NCBI GenBank assembly: GCA_017555865.1
Contig: JAFZFM010000189.1
Coordinates: 1 to 40,437 of the forward strand
DNA from: Bacteroidaceae bacterium
GTDB lineage: Bacteria > Bacteroidota > Bacteroidia > Bacteroidales > Bacteroidaceae
DNA: 40,437 nt
Direction of reading: 5' to 3'
Position numbers and translations under genes: made by a program. Shown here one piece after another: positions 17,518 to 23,922 of the stretch (its first letter is position 1; every line of letters starts with the position of its first letter). Under the pieces are notes generated by a model. It made no database searches. It had not been told where the DNA came from and worked only from the letters and a program-made list of their open reading frames with translations.

Positions 17518-18818
17518 AACAAGGTAAGCTCTCTTTTTCTCGGCTTGCAGTGCTTGTTGTACTGCTTATCATGTTAAGCGCTGCGGCCGGTTGGTTTCTG
17601 GCAAACGGACAGCATGGATTACTGCCATTGGTATCAGTGTTGCTGTTATTTGTTGTGTGGAAACTTGTGGGAGTGTACCGTAAATTTATAAAGAACCTTA
17701 ATTTTATTTTCCATGCTGTGCGCAACAATGATTATTCGTTTCGCTTTGCAACAAGGGGTGGCAATTCCAGATTTTCGGTAGTAAACTATTCGCTGAACAG
17801 TATAAAGGAGGTTCTGGATGATGCAAAGCTCAAGGTTGCCGAGAAGGAGAGGTACTTTGAAGCGGTGATAGAGTGCGCCAACATAGGTATTATGATTGTG
17901 CATGAGAATGGTGCAGTTGCTCGTAACAATAAAAAGGCTTTGGCACTTTTGGGTGTCCCAATGTTAAGTCATATAAACAGATTGCGCCCACTTTCGGATG
18001 AACTTGCCGATACCATGTTTGCAATTCCACCCGGTGAGCAGCGAATTGTACGCTTCTCGACCGAGGCCAGTGATGTATGCTTGCTCCTGAACTGTTCACT
18101 CATGAATCATGACGGACATAGCCTGCGTGTCATAACCATTGAGAATATAAACCGCGAACTAGACATTCAAGAGGTGCTGTCATGGGAGAAACTAACACGT
18201 ATACTAACTCATGAGATTATGAACTCGCTTGCACCGGTAACATCCATAAGCAATACTCTGCTTCATTGTAATAACGACGATGTGACACTACAGCAGGGAT
18301 TGGAGACAATTCACTCAACCAGTGACAGGTTGATGAGATTTATAGATTCCTTTAGGACAGTTACCCGCATTCCATTGCCACAAAAACAGGCTTTCTACCT
18401 CCTGGGGCTTGTAAAGGAGACTGTTGCATTAATGAATTTCGGGCAGGTGAAACTGAATGTATCGGTACAACCGGCCGATACAATTATCTATGCCGATCGT
18501 GACCAGATATCACAGGTGTTTTTGAACATCCTTAAGAATGCTGTTGAGGCATGCAGTGCAATGGGGAGTGAAGGGTGTATTGAAATCCGTTCACATATTG
18601 CACCAGACGAGCGTGTGCATATAGAAATCGGCAACAACGGTGGGGTTGTTCCATCCGAAGTTGCCGAGAATCTTTTCACTCCATTCTATACAACCAAACA
18701 AGGTGGTTCCGGTATAGGTCTCGCTGTGTCGAAGCAAATAATACGTCTGCACGGCGGAAGCCTGCAACTTGCTCACAACAGCGACGAGAGTGTTGTATTT
18801 CTTATAGTACTTGACTGA
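17514..18818 (+). CDS. sensor histidine kinase with minimal extracytoplasmic loop plus a cytoplasmic PAS-like domain
   Basis: 434 aa. The ATGA overlap with the RR stop suggests translational coupling. Two N-terminal TM helices (LAVLVVLLIMLSAAAGWFL and LLPLVSVLLLFVVWKLVGV) are separated only by ANGQHG. The H-box is LTHEIMNSLAP. An HATPase_c domain is present (GNNGG ... GGSGIGLAVSKQI). Confidence 0.9.
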   Translation: MKQGKLSFSRLAVLVVLLIMLSAAAGWFLANGQHGLLPLVSVLLLFVVWKLVGVYRKFIKNLNFIFHAVRNNDYSFRFATRGGNSRFSVVNYSLNSIKEVLDDAKLKVAEKERYFEAVIECANIGIMIVHENGAVARNNKKALALLGVPMLSHINRLRPLSDELADTMFAIPPGEQRIVRFSTEASDVCLLLNCSLMNHDGHSLRVITIENINRELDIQEVLSWEKLTRILTHEIMNSLAPVTSISNTLLHCNNDDVTLQQGLETIHSTSDRLMRFIDSFRTVTRIPLPQKQAFYLLGLVKETVALMNFGQVKLNVSVQPADTIIYADRDQISQVFLNILKNAVEACSAMGSEGCIEIRSHIAPDERVHIEIGNNGGVVPSEVAENLFTPFYTTKQGGSGIGLAVSKQIIRLHGGSLQLAHNSDESVVFLIVLD

Positions 18819-18819
18819 T

Positions 18820-20550
18820 TTATTCTGTTACTGTAGGTTCAACAGTTTCTGTAGTCTCCTCAACAGTTGACGGCTCTTCATTCATGTGCGATTTATAAAT
18901 GCCATAAATGGTATTGCCATCTTCGTTTATAGCTGCATAACCGTTGCACAAGCCATTGTCGATGATTGGAATTACATATTTAGTCACCTCGTTGACTTTT
19001 GCCACGAACACGGGGAGATTGTCGTAGCTGATATCTGCATCGGCAATATCAAAACCACCTGTTTGTGCTATTGAGTCCTTTGTGAAAATCTGTTCGGCAA
19101 CAATATACATGCTGTATGTGGCATCCACATCCTCGACATTCCATATATTGAGTGCTGCAAGAATCTGCTCCTTCTTGTTGTCGGCTTTCACATTATTTAT
19201 TGACTTGAATACATTCTGTACCTCATTTTTAGGTGTAACCACCTCAACATCTTCACCAGGGTTCACGAACACAAATTTCATGACGAACAGAACTGCGAGT
19301 ATGCATATTGTAGCTGTCAGTTTCCTGAACTTTCCGCAAATGATGTTTATTATAGCATAGGCAATTATACCAAGCAGAATACCGTTTGAGATAGAGTAGG
19401 TCATAGGCATTGCAATAAGGCAGACGAATGCCGGTATTGCCTCGCTGAAGTCCTTGAACTCGATTTTGGTAATTGGCTCAAGCATCATAAGACCTACAAG
19501 AATAAGTACAGGTGCTGTAGCTGCTGCTGGAATTGAAAGGAACAGTGGAGAGAAGAACATTGCTATTGCAAAGCAGATACCTACGGTAAATGCTGTAAGT
19601 CCTGAACGTCCGCCTACAGCAACACCCGCTGCGCTCTCGACATATGTGGTTGTTGTTGATGTTCCAAGGCATGCGCCGGCTGTGGTGGCAATTGCGTCGG
19701 CCATGAATGCCTCCTTGATGTTCTTGACGCGTCCCTTCTCGTCAACCATGCCTGCCTTTGTGCTTACACCTACAAGAGTACCTATTGTGTCGAACATGTC
19801 GATGAACAACAGGGTGAACACGACAACGAGCATGTCGAGTGTGAATACTTTATCCCATTCGAACTGGCAGAAAATGGGTGAAATTGAGTCGGGAGTATCC
19901 ACTATGGCTGTAATATCGGGTGTCACATCCATTGGGATACCAATAAATGTTGTTGCGAGAATACCTATGAGCATTGCACCGCGTACCTTCATGATGTAAA
20001 GCACACCGGTTATAACAAGACCTATCAAAGCCAGTAGCGCACTGCCCGATGTAACATCACCAAGAGTTACAAGTGTACCCTCCTGCATTACAACCAGACC
20101 CGAACTCTGCAGACCAATAAAGGCGATGAAAAGTCCGATACCGCTACCAATTGCGTATCGCAAATTGAGCGGTATGGCATTGACAATTGCTTCACGTACA
20201 TTAGTCAGGGTGAGCACAATGAATATAAGACCTTCAATAAGCACGGCTGTAAGTGCAAACTGCCATGTATATCCCATTATACCGCAGATGGTATATACAA
20301 AGAAAGCGTTGAGGCCCATACCGGGTGCAAGGCCGTATGGCAATTTTGCCCACAAAGCCATTACAACACAACCTACGATTGCTGCAAGCGCTGTTGCTGT
20401 GAAAACAGCTCCCTCGGGCATGAGTCCCGAGAATATGCTTGGGTTTACGGCCAAAATATATGACATGGTAAGGAAGGTTGTTATACCTGCCATTATTTCG
20501 GTACGTGGAGTTGTCTCATTAGGATTGAGACCGAATAGTTTCTTTAACAT
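18820..20550 (-). CDS. NCS2/AzgA-family purine (adenine/guanine/hypoxanthine) permease with a 147 aa NqrC/RnfG-like C-terminal extension
   Basis: 576 aa. Residues 1-429 look like a normal AzgA-type permease. They run from MLKKLFGLNPNETTPRTEIMAGITTFLTMSYILAVNPSIF to the usual terminal hydrophobic segment ICILAVLFVMKFVFV. The remaining 147 aa (nt 18823-19263) are extra; see the findings. Confidence 0.85.
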   Translation of the reverse strand: MLKKLFGLNPNETTPRTEIMAGITTFLTMSYILAVNPSIFSGLMPEGAVFTATALAAIVGCVVMALWAKLPYGLAPGMGLNAFFVYTICGIMGYTWQFALTAVLIEGLIFIVLTLTNVREAIVNAIPLNLRYAIGSGIGLFIAFIGLQSSGLVVMQEGTLVTLGDVTSGSALLALIGLVITGVLYIMKVRGAMLIGILATTFIGIPMDVTPDITAIVDTPDSISPIFCQFEWDKVFTLDMLVVVFTLLFIDMFDTIGTLVGVSTKAGMVDEKGRVKNIKEAFMADAIATTAGACLGTSTTTTYVESAAGVAVGGRSGLTAFTVGICFAIAMFFSPLFLSIPAAATAPVLILVGLMMLEPITKIEFKDFSEAIPAFVCLIAMPMTYSISNGILLGIIAYAIINIICGKFRKLTATICILAVLFVMKFVFVNPGEDVEVVTPKNEVQNVFKSINNVKADNKKEQILAALNIWNVEDVDATYSMYIVAEQIFTKDSIAQTGGFDIADADISYDNLPVFVAKVNEVTKYVIPIIDNGLCNGYAAINEDGNTIYGIYKSHMNEEPSTVEETTETVEPTVTE

Positions 20551-20582
20551 GATTTGTATTCCTTAATTATAATGTGTTTGTT

Positions 20583-21305
20583 TTAGAATGTCCACTTGGC
20601 TGCAAGTGTTGGGATTGCATAGAAACCTTTGTCAACAAAGTTGTTTGAAATTTCAACCTCAGTACCAACGCTCAGATTGCTGTTTTTCATGCTCTCCATC
20701 TTGTTAAGGTTAACCCAGAACTGTATCTCGGAGAGGAAAATGTATTCTGTGTTCTGCCATGCGCGGTGTTCGCGCCAGAAATCAACAAAACCTGAATGTG
20801 AGAACCAGCCTTTGCCGAATTCAATACCCCAAACGCCAGTAAGCTGGAAGTTGTGTACATCGAGCTTGCCTTTATTGTTGCGTGTACCTGGGATGCATTT
20901 GTACATTGCCGAAAGCGACCATGTCTTGCTGAAATCCTGTGAGTGTCCCGAATAGGTTAGACCACCCAGCCAACTGTCGTTGAATGAGCCTGCGCCTACG
21001 CTGCAACCACCATTGTATTCAACATGAACCGAAAGCCAGTTCCATTTGCTATCCTTCCAGAAGCAGAGCTCACGTGCAATTTCCCAATAAGCACCGCTCA
21101 TGCCCGAATTGTAGTCCATATCCACAAAGAAGAATGTGCTACCGTAGTTGTCGGGACGGAACATCTCTACTGTTGTAGTGATGGTTGGACGTGCGTCCAA
21201 TTCCTTGTAAAGACCTCGACCGAAATCGTAATGAACCTGAACATTCTGCGCTACGGCAAGACTGCATAGCAATGTCAATGTTAGCGAAATAAAAATCTTT
21301 TTCAT
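20583..21305 (-). CDS. small outer-membrane beta-barrel, DUF5020 / Tsx-like nucleoside channel family
   Basis: 240 aa with a signal peptide. The N-terminus is AQNVQVHYDFGRGLYKELD..., strands alternate with aromatic residues, and the last residue is F. It lies 32 nt upstream of the permease gene, so the two are probably co-transcribed. The family name is from memory of Bacteroides homologs, not from a search. Confidence 0.6.
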   Translation of the reverse strand: MKKIFISLTLTLLCSLAVAQNVQVHYDFGRGLYKELDARPTITTTVEMFRPDNYGSTFFFVDMDYNSGMSGAYWEIARELCFWKDSKWNWLSVHVEYNGGCSVGAGSFNDSWLGGLTYSGHSQDFSKTWSLSAMYKCIPGTRNNKGKLDVHNFQLTGVWGIEFGKGWFSHSGFVDFWREHRAWQNTEYIFLSEIQFWVNLNKMESMKNSNLSVGTEVEISNNFVDKGFYAIPTLAAKWTF

Positions 21306-21378
21306 AGTAATGATTTTTTGAGATTAGCTCAAAGATAGTGTAAAGATGTGAAAAAGAGATAATTTTATTGTATAAATA

Positions 21379-21410
21379 GTAAAAAAGATAGCCGTGGCTA
21401 TCTTTTTTAC
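21379..21410. terminator. intrinsic terminator after the TonB-dependent receptor gene
   Basis: GTAAAAAAGATAGCC gtg GCTATCTTTTTTAC is a 14 bp stem flanked by A/T runs, so it could work in both directions. Confidence 0.75.
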
Positions 21411-21416
21411 TATTTG

Positions 21417-23717
21417 TCACTTTGATATTTTTACACCGACAAAGATTGTTCTTGGTTGGGTTGGGCCGTAGAAGTAGCCCGAGTCGCGGAACTCTCCCTT
21501 GTCAAGGTCGCTCTGGAAACTATTGAAAATATTCTGTACTCCGGCATTAACCTGCAGGTTCACGTGGTTGCGCAATATAAACGTGTATGCAGCCTTAAAG
21601 TTGAGGTCAAAAAAATCGGGAGTTGTTTCCATGCGGTCGTTCTCAATGTAGCCGGCATAGTGCGGAACAATCATTGAACCGGTGTATGTTCCCGACAGCG
21701 ACAGGTCAAGATTCTTTACAGGCGTTGTTGCAAGGGTAAAGTAGCCGTAATAATCGGGGGTTCGCATCATACGTCTAGTTGTAAGTGCAACGCCATCGGC
21801 CTCGCTCCAAACTTCGGCCTGCTTGTATCGGCTCTTTTGTGCAGTAAAGCCCAGCTGTAATGAAATATCCTTTCCATGGGCAATCTTTGTGTCAATATTC
21901 GCACCATACACTTTGGCACCTTTGCCGTTGCGGCGCTCCTTTATGGCATAACCATTGCTGTTCTCTCCAACATCCTCAAGAATGAACACGTTGTCAAGCC
22001 CGGTGTAGAATCCCTCGACAAGAACATTTGCCTGCCAATGGCCAAAATTGACAGTCCAGTCTATTGAGCCGCTGAAACTGTTGGAGCGTTCCTCTTTCAG
22101 GTTGTCGGCAAGTTGTATCTGTACCCCCTCACCGCCAACGGCTGTCACGTGCAGGTCTTCGTCGTATGCCTGTGGCGCACGGAAACCAGTGGAGTAGGTA
22201 ATGCGTGCCTGAAAGTTCCTGTCGGGCTTGAACAAGAGGTTCACTCGTGGGCTGAATATAGGGTTTTCAATAAGGTTGTGTTTGTCGACTCTTACTCCTG
22301 CAAGCAGCGTGAAAGGATTTATATCCCACTCGCTCTGCAAAAAGGTACTTGCAATGCGCACATCCTGTTTCATATCGCGCTTATAGCCTGTCATTATATC
22401 GTGCAGACGGTTTTCCTGGAACTCTGTACCGGCGGTGATGGTGGCCGGTGCAAATATTATATTGTTAAAGCTACCGGTGTATGTGGCGCCTGCAATCCAT
22501 GTGAGGTCATCGGTCTTGCCGTATGCATTCGGGTCGCGCTGTGCACCGTAGTAGCTGTTGCGGTCTATGTGCTGTACCGATGTGAACAGCGACAGTTTGT
22601 TCTTGTATCCGTGCCATCCAAGGTCGTATGCAATTCCTCCGCTGTTTATGGTATGCTCGGTCTGTTCTGTGATGTCGCTCTCGTGTGGCTGCAGGTCGAA
22701 CTTGTTGCCACCACGACGCTTTTCGCTTGTTGTATGGTATTCAAGGCTCAAACGGCTGGTGTGTGTGGGACGGTAATACGTGCGCAGACCGAATGTGTTT
22801 ATATTCACCTTGCCAATCTCGGAAAATCCGTCGCCGTCGTGATCGTATGGGTTACGGTTGCGGTAGCTCTGATATACAGCAATGCCGTATGAGTTGTCCT
22901 TTGATACCAAAGATACATTTGCTCCCATGTTCTGCTCCCAACTGTTGCCGTTGTAGCCGGTGAGGTTTGATGTAAGTGAGAATGAGTCACTCACAGGATC
23001 TTTTGTTATGATGTTTACTGTGCCGCCAACGGCATTTGCACCAAACAGTGCCGAGCCACCGCCGCGCACAACCTCCACTCGCTCAATCATATTGACAGGA
23101 ATCTGTTCCAGACCATACACTCCGCTAAGCGCGCTCACCACGGGGCGGCTGTTTATGAGAATTTGTGAGTATGGGCCTTCGAGTCCGTTAATGCGCACCT
23201 GTGGAAAACCACAATTCTGGCAGTTGTTTTCTACACGCAAGCCTGTTATGTAGTTGAGGCTTTTTGCAAGGTCGGGTGCATTTACAGTCTCGAAGAGCAT
23301 TTTCGACGCTACTGAAACAACAACCGGAGCTTCCCAACGACTTATTTCGTTACGGTTGGCCGAAACAACAACCTCTTCAATGGCAACATCCTCCATCTTT
23401 AGTTTAAAATGTACAACGGTGGTGTACTCCTTGTTCACAGTAACCTCTTTAGTCATGGTGGTGTAACCTACTGCCGATACACGCAGGGTATACTTGCCTG
23501 GTGCAAGGTTGCGGAATTCAAATCTTCCCTGTTCGTTGCTCATTGTGCCGTTACCGCTCTCTACAATAAGAATGGAAGCGTATGGGATATTCTCCTCGCC
23601 TCCATCTTCAATTACATGTCCCGAAATGGTGTTACCCTCTTTTATAGCAGGTCCGTCGTTGGCATACAACGCTATGGCTGCAAAACTTAAAAAGAGTGTA
23701 ATGATAAATTTTTTCAT
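21417..23717 (-). CDS. TonB-dependent receptor with N-terminal carboxypeptidase-regulatory-like domain
   Basis: 766 aa with a signal peptide. A CarbopepD_reg-like domain is present (ISGHVIEDGG...GKYTLRVSAVGY). The plug domain has EEVVVSANRNE ... IERVEVVRGGGSALFGANAVGGTVNIITK. A long beta-barrel follows. Confidence 0.9.
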   Translation of the reverse strand: MKKFIITLFLSFAAIALYANDGPAIKEGNTISGHVIEDGGEENIPYASILIVESGNGTMSNEQGRFEFRNLAPGKYTLRVSAVGYTTMTKEVTVNKEYTTVVHFKLKMEDVAIEEVVVSANRNEISRWEAPVVVSVASKMLFETVNAPDLAKSLNYITGLRVENNCQNCGFPQVRINGLEGPYSQILINSRPVVSALSGVYGLEQIPVNMIERVEVVRGGGSALFGANAVGGTVNIITKDPVSDSFSLTSNLTGYNGNSWEQNMGANVSLVSKDNSYGIAVYQSYRNRNPYDHDGDGFSEIGKVNINTFGLRTYYRPTHTSRLSLEYHTTSEKRRGGNKFDLQPHESDITEQTEHTINSGGIAYDLGWHGYKNKLSLFTSVQHIDRNSYYGAQRDPNAYGKTDDLTWIAGATYTGSFNNIIFAPATITAGTEFQENRLHDIMTGYKRDMKQDVRIASTFLQSEWDINPFTLLAGVRVDKHNLIENPIFSPRVNLLFKPDRNFQARITYSTGFRAPQAYDEDLHVTAVGGEGVQIQLADNLKEERSNSFSGSIDWTVNFGHWQANVLVEGFYTGLDNVFILEDVGENSNGYAIKERRNGKGAKVYGANIDTKIAHGKDISLQLGFTAQKSRYKQAEVWSEADGVALTTRRMMRTPDYYGYFTLATTPVKNLDLSLSGTYTGSMIVPHYAGYIENDRMETTPDFFDLNFKAAYTFILRNHVNLQVNAGVQNIFNSFQSDLDKGEFRDSGYFYGPTQPRTIFVGVKISK

Positions 23718-23860
23718 ATTTTATTTTGTTTTATATTTCAATGATTTATTACGGTTGCAAAATTACCTGTTTTATAAAAAGGTGTCCATAACAAGAAATT
23801 GTTAAACTTGAACATTTTTTAATATAAATAATGGTGAAAGTTTACAAATTGCTGTTTTTG

Positions 23861-23892
23861 TTTGGAAAAGAATACCTTTTATAATACATTTG
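23861..23892 (+). promoter_or_regulatory. Bacteroides-type sigma-A promoter for the C10 protease gene
   Basis: TTTG at 23861-23864 and TACATTTG at 23885-23892 match the -33 TTTG / -7 TAnnTTTG consensus, with a 20 nt spacer. It lies ~30 nt upstream of the ATG at 23923. Confidence 0.5.
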
Positions 23893-23922
23893 CCAAAATA
23901 ACGTTGCTAAATAACATTGATT

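Noticed and set aside
17941-17956. TGGCAC hexamer inside the kinase gene.
   Set aside because: The -12 position reads TG rather than GC, and it lies in mid-CDS, so it is not a sigma-54 promoter.
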